In this document: one piece after another, positions 1 through 14,100 of the stretch
Numbering within the stretch: position 1 is the first letter of the stretch
Layout: each line of letters starts with the position of its first letter
Made by a program: the position numbers and the translations under genes
Notes under the pieces: generated by a model
Databases searched by the model: none
What the model was told of the DNA's origin: nothing
The model's input: the letters and a program-made list of their open reading frames with translations, nothing else
From: Cycas panzhihuaensis
Taxonomy: Eukaryota > Plantae > Cycadophyta
Assembly: GCA_023213395.1 (NCBI GenBank)
Contig: CM041465.1
Span: 79,863,741-79,927,740 of the forward strand
Reading direction: 5' to 3'
DNA: 64,000 nucleotides

Positions 1-2165
1 ATAATATACAAACCCTTATACTCCACTATATAATGTAGTAGCTAAATTTAAGAATTGCACCATAGGTGAAATGTCTAAGTGTATGCTCAATTATAAGAAA
101 TTAAGATATAAATTTTGGATAGAAGCTATCCATATTACAGCATATCTCGTAAATATATATACTACCAAATCCCTTAGGTGGATGACACTAGAAGAAGTAT
201 AGACATGTCACAAACCTAGTATTCACCACTTGAGAGTATTTAGATGCCTTGCTTTTGTCTACATTCTAGAATAGAAAATTACCAAACTTGATGATAAGAG
301 CATAAATTGCATGCTTATTAGATATAGTGATGTGTCAAAATCTTATAAGCTATATGATCCAAAGGAAATGAAGGTTATTATCAGCAAGGATGTTGTATTC
401 AAATAAGATGACTTTTATCAACCAGATTTTGACCAAGATAAAGACAAAAATATTATGATTAACTTTGGTTCATCTCCAAGGTCTACATATTTACCACCTA
501 GATTGGACACTAGGCCAAGTGATGAGGTAACCTCTACTCAATCTCAAAGGTTTCCTAAATAGGTCTAAAGACACCATGACTTACATAATATATTGTACAA
601 TAACTTTGAAAGGAGATCACTCATTCAAGTTGAGTTAACTTTACCCTCATGAGTCAAGTGATGGAATCCAATGAGCTTCACACATTTGAAGAGATAAAAA
701 CTCAAGATGAATGGAGAAATACTATAGAAGATGAGTATAACTTTATAGTGAAGAATGATACATAGGAACTTGTTCATCTTCCTCTTAACAAGACAACCAT
801 TGGAACTAAATAGGTTTATAAGACCAAGTTTAGATTTGACGGGCCCATTAATAAACATAAGGCAAGACTTGTTACTAAGGGCTATACACAAAGAGAAGGC
901 ATCGACTATAATGAAACATTTGCTCCTACTATTGGAATGGAGACTATTCAAATGAAGCTAAGTCTAGTAATATAAAAAGGTTAGAATGTTCACCAAATGG
1001 ATGTCAAAAGTATTTTTCTTAATGGCTATATTGAAGAAGAGATATATGTTTAATAACCAAAAGGTTTTGAAGTTAAGGGGGAAGAGAACAAAGTGTACAA
1101 ACTCAAAAAGGTACTTTATAAATTGAAATAGGCACCTAGAGCAAGGTACTCTAGGATAGATAAGTACTTCAGAGATCAAGGATTTGAGATAACCCAATTG
1201 GATCCAAACTTATACATCAAAATTAAGGAATACGCTATATTAATTGTGGGACTCTATGTTGATGATTTAATCTACACAAGAAACAACTCCCATCTATCAC
1301 AAAAATTCAAGGGTGACATGTGCAAGAAGTTTGAAATAACAGGCTTGGGGCTAATGCATTACTTCTTAGGATTGGAAGTATGGCAAGATGGTGATGGTAT
1401 CTTTGTTTCCCAAATGAAATATATCTTGGACTTACTCCAAAAGTTCAAGATGAATGATTGCAAAACTTTGGCAATATTAGTAAAAGTTGGAATTAAAATA
1501 TCTAAACTTGATGACTCAAACCCTATTAATCCTACATTGTATAAACGATTGATTGAAAGATTAACTTATTTAACATCAACATGACCAGATATTATACATA
1601 TAGTTAGTATTGTATCAAGGTTTATGCAAGATCCCAAAACTACACATTGATAAGTAGTTAAAAGAATTCTAAGGTATCTAAAAGGCACTACAAATTATAG
1701 GTTACATTATAAACCTTCATCAAATTTTAGGTTAATCAGGTATATACATTCAGATTAGGTAGGTGATACTGATGATAGAAAATCTAGATCTGGATACACT
1801 TTTAGTTTGGGTTTAACCTTTGTAGCATAGAGTACCAAGAAGCAAAATATCGTCTCCTTATCCACAACTGAACCAAAATATAAGGCAATAGTAATAGGTG
1901 CATGTGAAATAGTTTGGCTATATCACTCACTTCATGATCTCTAAATGAAACATGATGGTCCTACTAAAATATGGTATGATAATTAGAGTACTATTTAGAT
2001 GATAGATACACATTGAGAAACAACAACACTTCCTATGGGAACTTGTTCAAGCAGGAGAACTCGAATTGGTTTATTGTAGCATAAAACATCAAACAATAGG
2101 TATATTTATAAAGATACTTGACAAATTTAGAGATAAGCTTAGAGTTGTATGAAATGACCATTATG
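1..2165 (+). mobile_element. pol: Degenerate Ty1/copia pol (integrase C-terminal part, RT, RNase H), truncated by window edge
   Basis: ORF 1198-1584 has LIVGLYVDDLIY and GLMHYFLGLEVWQ (copia RT). Upstream HLRVF/YKLYDP integrase tail. Downstream RKSRSGYTF and SLSTTE RNase H motifs. Many stops and frameshifts. Confidence 0.93.
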
Positions 2166-2173
2166 GGAGAGAA

Positions 2174-2625
2174 TATTAGGAATAATGTTCATTTTGCTCT
2201 AATTAAGCTTGCACAATAATTAATGATGCAGTAGGACTACCACAACTGACTCCATCTATTCAAACTGATAGGTATGTATTTTTAATTATTTTTTGAATTC
2301 AAAAACATCAGTTTGATGGCAAGTTACCTCCCAACATTTCGACTATAAATAAAGGGTCTTCGACCTAAAGGTATTTTTGAACACCACCGTTACTCTAGGA
2401 TTTTGTTAATATTTTTATTATGGCAACCATAAAATCACTCTACTCTATTTCTACACTCCATCAATCATGGTCAAGCATCAACAACACTACACAGGTCCTA
2501 TGATTGCTTCTATACAAGACAAGATACAACATGTACCTAGTCCCTAAAGAAAGCATTTACAAGTTCAAGTTACTCATCAGTAATCTCTAATATAAGGTAT
2601 AATATTAGACCCAATTTTTATAACA
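2174..2625 (+). repeat. Probable 3' LTR of the Copia element at 1-2165
   Basis: Follows purine tract ATGGGAGAGAA right after the RNase H end, contains TATAAAT, ends TAACA. The partner LTR is outside the window. Confidence 0.55.
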
Positions 2626-2978
2626 TATAAGATTTAGCAGGTAATAGATTAAATAACTTGTTAAACTAGTGCCAAACAACTCCATATACAACTACCTATA
2701 CCTTGAGAGTTAAGTATTTTAAGGAGAGGGGCATTATGGAATTCTCAATTATTAATGGAAGTTTGTATTTTTAGGGGAGATATAAAGTTGGTTTTTAAGA
2801 AGATAAAGGGGGAATCATTAATAAAAAGCTAATATTTTTAAGAGAAAGAATTAGAAATAAGTTTTATAAAGAGAGCAAAGTTATAAATAGAGGAGTCTTA
2901 TTTATATGTAGTCATCTTTAGAGAATTTGATATTTTTTTATGGACTAATAGCTTAGTTCCATTAGGGCATATTGTACC

Positions 2979-3312
2979 TGTTGGAAAATAAATGAAGTAT
3001 AGAGCGGAGCAAGTATGTAATAATCAATCCATATTAAGAATCATGAAGTAGAGATACACCTATTCAAGCCATTGTATCATAAGAGTATATTAAGTTTCCA
3101 AAGAAGGTGGTGCCAAAAGACACCAGGGTTATTCACCCCAAAAAATATCTAATTGTGAGGGAGGAGGGAAACCTCCATAACCTCCAAAATTTAAACAATA
3201 ATAAAATAATATGTAACTCAATTTAAAATTAAACTCACCTAACTTACCCTTAATATGTGTGTGCTTACATGTGTCTAAGGTGGGAGTGGGGTAATGAATA
3301 TTAACCCCAACA
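2979..3312 (-). repeat. 3' LTR of element 2979-8197
   Basis: TGTTG...CAACA, highly similar to 7864-8197, adjacent to PPT. Confidence 0.92.
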
Positions 3313-3502
3313 AGCCCCCCTTAATGTTCATTATGATCATCCTTCATTTCTCCTTGAACTTGTGATACCTATATTTAAACAAAACTTTGAATACTTATAC
3401 CTTAACTTGATAGTCAACATGTTTAATATAATCAACAATAACTTACTTTGTCATCCTTTCAATAAAGTATGTCTCTTCAATATCATGTAGTGAGAATAGC
3501 TT

Positions 3503-4024
3503 CTAAGTAGCTATAGTAGAGGTAGCTTGATTTACATGAATGGAAATGGCTTTGTCTTGATCTTTTTTCTTCACTTTAGTTGAGTCCATGATACATATCA
3601 TCTTACCAAATGTGATATTGGAGTCATTATTTTCATTGAAATCTATATTAGTACAAGAAACATTAGTCTTTTCATCAGATGACACCTGCTCTAACATCTG
3701 CCTCATAGGAAAAACATCATCAATATAAGTAATATTAAAATCTAAGGAATCTCCCCCATAAAGCAAATCTAAAGTATTCCATATTGATCTGGATGTAGTC
3801 ATTTCAGAAACACTATAAAATACATTATCATCTATGCTACAAAATAAAAGAGTTAGGACTTCATTATCCCTTTTCAAATCTTCCTTATTATTTGGTTCAT
3901 ATCCATCATTTATATATTTCCAAAGGTCACTTGAGATTAAGTGTACTTTCATTATGGTCCTCTAAAGCTGAAAGTCATTACCATCAAATACTAAAAAATT
4001 AATGTAGCTTAAATTCATTGCCAT
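3503..4024 (-). pseudogene. gag: Copia gag N-terminal remnant
   Basis: FDGNDFQL*RTIMKVHLISSDLWKYINDGY...SRSIWNTLDLLY, typical copia gag N-terminus. Confidence 0.85.
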
Positions 4025-4894
4025 TATATAGAGGCTTTAGTACATGATCAACAAATATGGTTAACTAAGAGAGTTAATCCTCAAATGAAAGTTGAAGCAA
4101 AACTTTATAAGATCATAATGACTATAAATAAAAGAATTAAGGATTCTCTTCTTCTTCAAATGAACCAAGAACTATATACTAGTATGCATAGTGATTTTAA
4201 ATTGATATACTTTTATAGGAAAGACAAGAAGCTATATCATTTTTTAAATATAATATAACTAAGAAACCCTTAATGGTTTGAATGTCAATTAAGTTTTAGA
4301 GTATTGAATTGAACTTTTGAGACAAAATAATCATTGAACCTTGAAACCTCAAGATTTTACAAATTTTAAGTTGAGAAAAATAGGACTAAAGCCTTTGATA
4401 AAGAATAAAATGGTTTCTTGACTAATATGTAAGATAGAGATATGAACAAAAGAAAAATGATGAGGGAGAAAATGAATGTCATGAGCAAGTAGCAGAAGCT
4501 ATTTGCCCCTATACACCACCAATTGTACCCAAGGTCAAGGAAGAAAATGCATCACTAATGGTTAAAAGGCAAACTAAAGTGGAACCATATCAACATCTAC
4601 ATTATTAAGAGGCCTAACGCAATAAAATTTATTAGGTAAGACCCTTATCAACTACAAACACTAGGCAATAACAACATTTGAGCTTAAGGTTTCAGCATTA
4701 CAGATATCCAAAACATATCAAAGGACATTTCGGGTGTATTAAGATCAACTTAGGATGGATAGATTCTCATTCCATGTGCAACTTTTTTAATGACCTTCGT
4801 AAGAGCTATCTATTGGATAATAGTAACAAAAGATTCTCACATATATCATTGTATCAAGATGCTTCGAGGGTGAAGCATTTTAGGGAGGAGGGTA

Positions 4895-5143
4895 TGTTAT
4901 GATCCTCCACTAAATGAGATGACTCTTATTGTAATTATCCCACATACATAAGTCCAAGAGATGGGCAGCCTTAATAGCCCTATATATATGTATGTAATAT
5001 ATGAGTGGGATTATCATGAAATATTTTTGTAATAGTTTGTTAATGACTGTTCTTTGGAACTTCATCTCCTTCTTTGTCTTTTATCTATCATTTTCTCTTT
5101 TTATTTCTCTATGATTATTGGTTACAGGATTTGGCTCATAACA
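4895..5143 (+). repeat. Short gypsy-type LTR with upstream PPT (truncated nested insertion)
   Basis: TTTAGGGAGGAGGGTA purine tract, then TGTTATGA...TCATAACA inverted termini. No partner LTR found. Confidence 0.55.
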
Positions 5144-5984
5144 TAAGCTTATTTAAGGCTAAACTAGAACCTCAGGTTGATCAGCTTTAAAGTCTTAAAA
5201 AAAGATGTCAAAACACAATAAAACTAATTCTAACATGAAGTGCTATAAAATACCTTTCCAACAAAACTTACGATTTGAAAATCAGAAATGTGAGCAGGCC
5301 TCTTTATGGCTAATAGAATAACTATTGAAAAAAAGTTATCACTTTGATTGACTAAAAAACTCAATTGAAACGAGTTTAAATCTGATAAGTGACAATACCA
5401 CACTAAGGAGCTCTGAAATATGGTTCTAATGATATTGATTTTTCTAAAAATTGATACTCCAGGGATAAGTTATAACAATAAATGTGATAGGTGCTCTTTA
5501 GGTAAAAATATTAAAAAAAAAAGCTTTTAATAAAGTAAATAAGTCCCTTTTAAAAATAGGAAGCACGGTCACATGGAGCTATTTAAACCAAAAATGGGTC
5601 TCTATGAGGGCTACAGACCTCCAACACTCAATATATGCTTATCAACACTTGAAGACAGTCAAAGTCCAAAAAATATAACTCAAATGGTGAAAAATGCCTC
5701 TTAATAAGGCTCAAACATGAGGTCATATGGATGAAGGTTGAGACTAGGGGCCAAATAAAGGGGGCTAAAACCCTTTAACCCACCTGGAATTCAAAAAAAC
5801 ATTAACAAGAATTAATTTTCTTAATCAAAGGTTATGATATAACTCAAATAAATTTTATTAATCAATATAAAAAGTGATGAATGCCACGTAGTTGTGCGAT
5901 TCACTAGAGAATGCAGTAGAGACAGAATTAACTAATTCAATCGACTGAGAATGCAGAGACAGACGATTCAATCGATTTTGCTAC

Positions 5985-6600
5985 TAGAGTACTACAATTC
6001 TTTATAAGCCTTATATTGTAAGGTTACTTTGTTCTAATATCACTCTATGTGTCCATGGAGATAGTGAAGATAATGTGAGCAATCTTTCTAAATATAGATG
6101 TAAGCATGTACTATAAAGAAACTAACAAACCTTCATCTGCTTAAACCTCAAACTTGAATGAAGAATTGGGCCAAGTTACCACCATTCTTTCAGATAAAAT
6201 AGGAACTCTAATGCATAAGGAGATGGAATTTTTTAAATATTTAATTATTGGCATTTCATATGGGACTGGTTTAACTAAGGTACAAAAGGTAGTGTTAGAA
6301 AGGGCTGATGAGAAGCTTTCATATGCCAAAGAGGAGATCTTTTAGTCCCAACTGACTTTTGAAAATGGATTCAATTTAAGAGATGATAGACTTGAAAATT
6401 TGATGTGGCAGGAAGATCAAAGATGAGATTTGATTCAATGATTTCTAGAGATTCTTGCTTTGTGTCATACAGTTGTTGTTGAGGATGAGCTTACTGTTGA
6501 CAATGTCAAGTATGTTATAAAATTACCTAATGAGGTAGCTTTTGTTTTGGCTGTTAAAATGTTGGCTCTATTTGTTTACAAATGGTTGGTAACGTCAATA
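5985..6600 (+). pseudogene. ALA: P4-ATPase (phospholipid flippase, ALA family) gene fragment, antisense to host element
   Basis: Manual translation: ISLYVSMEIVK...[34 protein letters not shown]...MEFFK...GFNLRDDRL...LALCHTVV...PNEVAFVLA. This matches P4-ATPase TM4 [24 protein letters not shown] and CHT/SPDEAAFV motifs. Confidence 0.93.
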
Positions 6601-7849
6601 TTTATTCAATTTTATCAAATCAAAGAGGGGCACCATAGATCGATGATGAAGATCAATTGAAGATGAGCCGAGATTCGACATTAAATATATATGTATTTTG
6701 TATACATTAGCGTGAAAAAAAAGGAACAAGAATAGAGAAAGGATGGTAGACGATGAGCAAATGAGGCGATTTTCACATGTGATCTCAGTGTGAATCAATA
6801 AAATTACTTTGATCTTCCACTGGAATGAGTGGTGATTCAATTTGCTAGGCTGATCGATCAAAAATCTATCAAAAACAATGAAGATTCAATATATTTTATG
6901 TAAAAAATATTGACAGAAAAAGAATAGTAGCCAACGATGAGATTACATAACTGAAAGAATAATCAAAATAATGAGGATTCAATCACTAAGGACTTATTTG
7001 ATAATGGCAGCTTCAATGGTTTAAAATTATTTAAAAATTATTTATAAAAATATAAGAAACAAGATCATGCCAGGGTTTACAAGTGCATCCACATAGGGGC
7101 AATTTCACACAGTTTGTACTCCTCCCACGAGTAACAAATCTAGATGAAACTTGAGAGGCATCTAGATCTCCTTGATAGCTATCTCCCTATGAATTTTCAC
7201 GTAGTTCTAATGCTTATATATTGAGAATAGAGTTGCAGAGCCAATGAGGCTTGCATATGCACTGGGAGGTTGTACGACCTATAAAGTGAGTCAAACAACC
7301 CTAAGACAGCTTTATGTGGATCCTAAGAGGCCTACACCTAAGTTTAATTAGTGAAAGGACAAATAAAATAAGAGAAAATAAGCAAATAAGAAAGGGGTAG
7401 TGGGGTTTCACTGCCAAAACTAAGCCACTATGCTTTCAGATGAAATATTTCTACATAGGGGTGACGATTTTCAGATCTATTAAATGTATTATGAAGCTGG
7501 TTCAATGAGGATTCAAATGAGTAGTCACATGCTATAATTTTGAGCAATGCAGAAGCTGCACTAGCTTGTTGAAATCACATAACATTACCCAACCTTTGAA
7601 AAAATAATATAAAATAATAGAAAACTTGATGTTTTATTAACTAAATTTAGAAACCAACTATACTAAATTATTTTTTGGATGACTGTGCTCAAATTTATAG
7701 TAAATACTTGAAAAAATCATGATTAATAAGCTTATATATATGAAAAAATTAATTATTTATCAAAAAATATATAAGAAAAACTATTGAAAACTATAGTATG
7801 AACTAAAAAATTATAAATTTGTCGTGGCCAATGTTGGAGCCAAGATCTA

Positions 7850-7861
7850 GCTCTGATACCA
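7850..7861 (-). promoter_or_regulatory. Primer binding site, tRNA-iMet
   Basis: TGGTATCAGAGC on minus strand, 2 bp inside the 5' LTR boundary. Confidence 0.9.
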
Positions 7862-7863
7862 AA

Positions 7864-8197
7864 TGTTGAAAAATAAATGAAGTGCATAGTGGAGCAAGTA
7901 TGCAATAATCAATTCATATTAAGAATCATGAAGCATAGATATATCTATTCAAGCCATTATATCATAAGAGCACATCAAGTTTCCAAAGAAGGTGGTGTCA
8001 AAAGACACTAGGGTTATTCACCCCAGAAAATATATAGTTGTGAGGGAGAAGGGAAACCTCCTCAACCTCCAAAATGCAAACAATAATAAAATAATATGTA
8101 ACTTAATTTAAAATTAAACTCACCTAACTTACCCTTAACATGTGTGTACTCACATGTGTCTAAGGTGGAAGTGGGGTAATGAACATTAACCCCAATA
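7864..8197 (-). repeat. 5' LTR of element 2979-8197
   Basis: Copy of 2979-3312, adjacent to PBS. Confidence 0.92.
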
Positions 8198-9018
8198 GTA
8201 TTAATTAAGAGGACACCCTCACGCCAATAGGGTATTTTATTTGAGATATTTGATTTGAATATTATTATAATATGATATTACTACTGCAAATCAATTATTG
8301 TTCTATGGATGAGCTATTTTCTATTATTATACTTATTTACTGCTAATATTATGTATTGTTGAGATATTGTTTGAAGGGTTTTATATTATAACTATGTTAT
8401 TTTTTGTTGTTATCAATGGGTACCACTGTAGAATAAATATCCAGCAACTAAATATTACTAGCTTAAGGTGATTTATCTACAATTCTTACTATCATCCACA
8501 TATGATAGCTTGACCATGAACTCATTATATGATTTTAATAAATAAAACTAAACATAAGGTTTAAATTAAGGCACTTAACTAGCTACTATAAATATAAATA
8601 TATTTGATTTCTAATGTGATATTTCACTACATGTTATTCTCATAAATGCATTCTCCAAATAAGAACATGTCAATTAGAACCAATATTTTAATAATTCTAA
8701 ATAAAAACATACTTATAAATTACAAAAAAAATCTATAAAAAGTTTCTTCACAACTTATATTGATTTTTAATTTTAAAACCATCAAAAATTGAAACTTAAT
8801 ATAAGTTTTTAGCCACTATTTTTAAGGGCATTAAAACAAGTTTTCTAACATATTTGACAAAATTAAATCTAAGTTCATACATAAAAGTTATGGTGGAAAT
8901 AGTACAAGTATGAGAAATTGAGCATTGGGTTAAAAAATTAGCTTTAAAGGCTCTTTTATTTTGGTATCAGGTCATCTTAAATTCTATATATAATTATGAT
9001 TTTTATCTTGAGGCTAGA

Positions 9019-9320
9019 TATAACGTAACCCATTCTCTTAAGTGAAAGAGGCACTACCATGGAGTAAGGCTATTAGGGCAACCAATAGGATTACTAAAGA
9101 TTAACCACCCTTTTATCTATTTAAGGGGTAGAACTGACTTGTAATGGTCATTCATTATTTACATTTCTTAAAAGAATGTACTTTGGTACTCCCTTTTGGT
9201 ACTCTTTTGGTGTCCATTATGTGTGTTATTCTACAATATTAGCCTCCTAAGTTAATAAAATGCTCTATCTATTCTCCTTCTATTTGATTTGCAAGGATAA
9301 ACTCAAGAAGAAATGCTTTA
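9019..9320 (+). repeat. 5' LTR of chromovirus element
   Basis: Similar to 22049-22424 but lacking a ~74-bp internal block. Confidence 0.85.
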
Positions 9321-11135
9321 AGTGATATCAAAACAAGGTTCGACAACCCTACAAGAGAATTTAAGAGCTAGAAAAAAAGAGATTTTCTTTTTTATTCTCC
9401 CTTTGGTAACATTCATAACCCTTCTCTTATACTACTTTCTTTCAATTTGGTTTCTATCATTTCAATTTCCATTCAATGGTAGATTATGTTGCTTTGCAAC
9501 TACCTTTTTTGCTCCCTCCTTCCCTTTCACTTCTTGGGTGGATAACTCTAATTAGTAGCTACGCAATTTATCTAGATAGAGACCTTATATTAGGGGTTTA
9601 TAAATATCATGAGGATATGCCATTCTAGGTTAAGTGTAAAATGGCTTTTTCACTCTTGTGTGAAGGACTTTAGTTAAGTCTAATGAACCAAGCCTCAGAC
9701 AAAGCTCAACTATAAAATTGAGCCTTCGCATACCTTTGGGTATATACAAAGACCCCTATAGGCTCCCTCTTATTCTAAAATAAGAAAACTTTTGACCATT
9801 TGTCATTTGTGATGCATAAGTTAGTAGTCAGTGCTCACAAGTTACTTTGCATAAACATCTCTTCAAATTGTAGGCCTTATGGGGATAGTCTTTACTCCAT
9901 AGGTAGTGCCCTAGTATATTAGGTTGAGTTATAGTAATGATAGGGAAGTTTATCATAGGGCCTATAGAGTTGAACATTCCTAACATCAGATTCTAGTAGG
10001 TCTCCTCTGATTTGACATCCCTTCAAGTAAAGGCACTAAATCTGTGGACTAATTATTAAACTTCTGTCACTGATAATGAGGACCTACAAAAAGAAGGCTA
10101 TAACTTCCTCAATTCTTATCAGAATTAGAAACGACCTAAACTATCAAGCTTACCATAAAAATTAAAAAAAAAACATATAAAATTTACACATCATATTTTG
10201 ATTAGTGCATAATGATGATTAATTTATACTAGGTTGACTTTTACAATTTATTTTTTGGTATAGCAGTGCCTGGGTCATTGGTGGGCCTTACTACCAAAAT
10301 GTCATCCCTTTAACTAACCTACCCTATTGTGACAAGCTTTTTGCACTCATCTAATTATACTAGGTAATTTTGTTCCTCAAAATTTGGGGTTAATAATCTA
10401 TAAACACCCTAAGCACCTTCTCTTCCCTGTTATCCTTTCTTTATCCAATTCTTTTCTCAAAGACATTCCCTATCTCTTAATACTAATTCTTTCTTGTTAT
10501 TCCCTACTTCATACATTGCCCCTTATGTCTACTAAGTTTTGCTCCTTACATCCCTTCTATAGTTCTGATGGCACGTTCATAAGGAGACAAAACCATTACA
10601 CTCGAGCCAAAGCTAGAAACTTTCTAATAAGAAGTGAAGGCTAAGTTAGCCAACCTCCCTTCTAAGGCAAATTTAACTAATCTCCTCTTAAAGGTAAATC
10701 TCATAATCCTGCTCACTCAAATGACATAATCTAACTTTAATAGCATAAGGAAATCAAACATGACAACCAACTCTCCTCTATCTCATCTCCCACAGGGAAG
10801 TAATGCACCCCAAGGTGGTCATACACTAATACAACAACTACTCCATATAAGATAAACATCCCAACCTTTGGTTTAGATGTGAATAAAGAATACACCCATA
10901 ATTGAATAAGCAAATTGGAATCCAACTTCATTCTCAATCCTCTGATCAAAGAAGGTTAGTTACTAAATGCTTCCATCTACATGGATGGAAAAGCCCATCA
11001 TTGGTTTAATTGGTAGAAAAAGGAATACCCTTCAAATTAGGGATGGTCTTATTTCACAAATTATTTCTTTAAGCAGTATGAGGACACTTCGAATCAATCA
11101 TTCTTCACTTAGTTGACATTATTAAAATAAATATA

Positions 11136-14100
11136 TGAAGGAATGATGGATCTAGGAGATAAATCACTCACATGCACACAATGGCAATGGAGAATAAAAA
11201 AGAAGATGAAACAAGATATGAGAGTAAGCTTGGAGGTGAGAATGAATAATGACTCCCTCCTTGAGATTTCATATTTTATTACTGAGGGTGAGCATTAGGG
11301 TTAGGATTTTCCTGCCTAATGACATGAACCTGAAATTACATCTAAATGTACATAAAGTACATTTCATTAAGAGACTAATGCTAATAATATATCCTAAGGT
11401 CACATAATTAATCTACACAAATGACCTTGATACATTAACCTCTTTTAATCCCTCCCTTAATGGTGGAAGGTCATTTTTAGAAAATCTATTCTATGAGGTC
11501 TTCATTTGAGCCTCATTATTACATTGAAATTCTAAATGACACTTTTGTGGAAAAACCCTCATGGGGAACAAAAACCCACGAATTTTCTAAGATCTATAGC
11601 CCCTTTTATAAATTAAAATGACTAAGGTGGCTCTTTGATGTAGCCTGATAGCCAAGTAGCTTAAATGTGTAGCTTAATCCGCTAAGTCTCCATATACTAT
11701 TTGGTCATCCCCTATGCCCTTTTGGGTTTTTACAGGTTCTGATTTTCTAAAACAAGTATAACCCTTATCCTTCCGTGCCCACATGGGGGTTTTCACAAAG
11801 AGAATAGAGTAGAGACTTACTCTTATTCTTCCGCGCCTATAAGGGGTTTTCACGAAGAGAATAGAGTATGATGATTCTGTTGCCATCTTCTTTGATCAAT
11901 CGAAAATGGAGGCCCTAAGGCTGAGCTGCCTTTGGAACTGTTTAAACTTCACCTTTTACAGCGGTTTGGTGAAGATACAAGCCACTTGATCTGCTGTGGG
12001 ACAGTAATCTAATTGAATTGTGCCATCATGAACAAGCTCCCTAATCATGTGGACTTTTGTACTTATGTGTTTAGTACGATTATAAAATACAAGATTTTTT
12101 ACCATGAAGATTGCTGATTGATTATCCACATGAAGACTAGTAGGACTTGTTTGGGTGATATTCAATGTTTCCAATAATTTTCTTAGCCATATCACCTCTT
12201 TACCAGTCTTAGAAGTAGCAATGTATTTAGCTTTGGCAGTTGAATCTACAACTATCTTCTGCCATTTAGATCTCCATGATATTGGTGCTGTTCCAAGAAA
12301 CGTTACATACCTAGATGTAGATCTTCATGTATCTTTATCTCATGTAAAGTCTGAGTCTGTGTATGCAGAAAGCTTGCAGTATGAATTAGGTTCATACAAC
12401 AGACCATATTTGTTGGCTGTCTTAAGGTATCTCAACACTCGCACTGCTGCCTACCAATGATTCTGCTTAGGATTTGTCATATAACGAGCAAGAATGCCGA
12501 TAGAGTGTATAATATCTGGCCTTATATTGGTAGTGTAGATGAGACTACCTACAAATTTCCTGTAGAGTGTTGCGTCTGCCTTCCTAGTGTCACCTTCAAC
12601 TGAGAGTTTGGTGTTAGGGTCCATAGGTAATATCACTGGTTGAGCATCTTCTAACTGAAACTTAGTTAGAAGATCGTTGATGTATTTTTCTTGGAAGACG
12701 AAAATTTTCCCATTCTTTTATGTTACTTCAATTTCCAAGTAATATTTCATCAAACCGAGGTCAGACAATTCAAACGTTTTGACAAGGTCATTTTTTAGCT
12801 GGCTTATTGCCTGTTCACAATTACCCATTACTAGTATGTCATCCACAAAGATTATAAGATAAGTGACTTTATCCTTATGGTGCTTGATGAACAACGTTGC
12901 ATCAATATCTTGATAGTCACAAACCTCGTATCCAAGTTACCTCATCCTTTCAAACAACTTGGTAAACCAAGCGTGAGGGGCTTGTTTAAGGCCATACAAT
13001 GACTTTCTAAGCCTGCAAACCTTATGCTCTTGACCTTCGATCTCATATCCTTATGGCTAAGCCATGTAAATTTCTTCTTTAAGATCTCCATTGAGAAACG
13101 CGGTCTTAATATCGAGTTGGTGGATTTTCCAACCCTGTTGAGCAGCTAAGGCCACAAGAGTTCTAATTGTAGGCCACTTGGTTGTAGGTGCAAAGACTTC
13201 AGTGTAGTCGATACCTTCCCTTTGTGTAAATCCTTTAGCTACCAACCTCGCCTTATGTTTTTCAAGGGTGTCGTCTAATCTATATTTGTTTTTTAATACC
13301 CATTTATTTTGAACTACCTTTCTGCCAAGTGGTAGATCAACGAGCTCCCATGTACCGTTCTTGATAAGAGATTGGTACTTTTCATTCATGGCATTTCTCC
13401 AAGTTATATGCTTTACCGCTTCTTGGTACATTAAGGGCTCTTCATTAAGAGTAAGGTGCAATTCTGCTGGTTCAAGATCAATATATAATGATTCCTGTAT
13501 CCTTGCTCTATGGGCACTTCGAGTGCCAGTTTTGCCCACCTCATCTAGTCGTATATCCTTATTAAGCTGGTGGGCTTCTCGAGATCCTCAAGTTGGGAAT
13601 GATATCCTTATTTCTCCAACTTCTTGGTTCTCATCATGTTCATTAAAATGATTATTTTGTGAGGAGGATATTAATGTTTCTGAGGAAGATGGTCCTTCAA
13701 CCACAGTTTTGTCTTTGTCAACTAAAGGTGGAGATGATGGTTCTTCTATAATGGCTTTGCCTTTGTCAACTCTGTTATCTTCAAAAGATGGTGTTGGATG
13801 TGCACTCATTGGTTCAGAGTCACAACTTGTATCCTCCAAGGCTCTATTGTCAGCTTCCAACATTTGGAGTAATTTATGTTTGTCCCCCCCCCTAAAATTT
13901 TAGAATCTGAACATCATATTTGATAATATTATTGTAGTGGCATGAGGGTACTATGGAGTCTAATTTAAGTAATTGATCCTCTGTCTCCGCAAAAATGACA
14001 TCTCTAGTAATAATGATTTTTCGTTGTGAAGGTATGAAGACCTTATACCCTTTCTTATCCATAGGGTATCCAACAAAGATGCCTTTAAGTGCCCTTAGCT

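Larger units (their letters stand above)
2979..8197 (-). mobile_element. Non-autonomous (gag-only, TR-GAG-like) Ty1/copia LTR element carrying a captured P4-ATPase fragment
   Basis: Direct-repeat LTRs 2979-3312 and 7864-8197. Reverse-complement PBS GCTCTGATACCA at 7850-7861. Reverse-complement PPT AGCCCCCCTT at 3313. Degenerate TSD GTACC/GTATT. gag remnant present, no RT/integrase. Confidence 0.9.

Noticed and set aside
2720-2978. Additional gypsy LTR split by element 2979-8197 (continuing ~8203-8530)
   Set aside because: A PPT-like tract is present, but no partner LTR, clear termini or TSD could be established.
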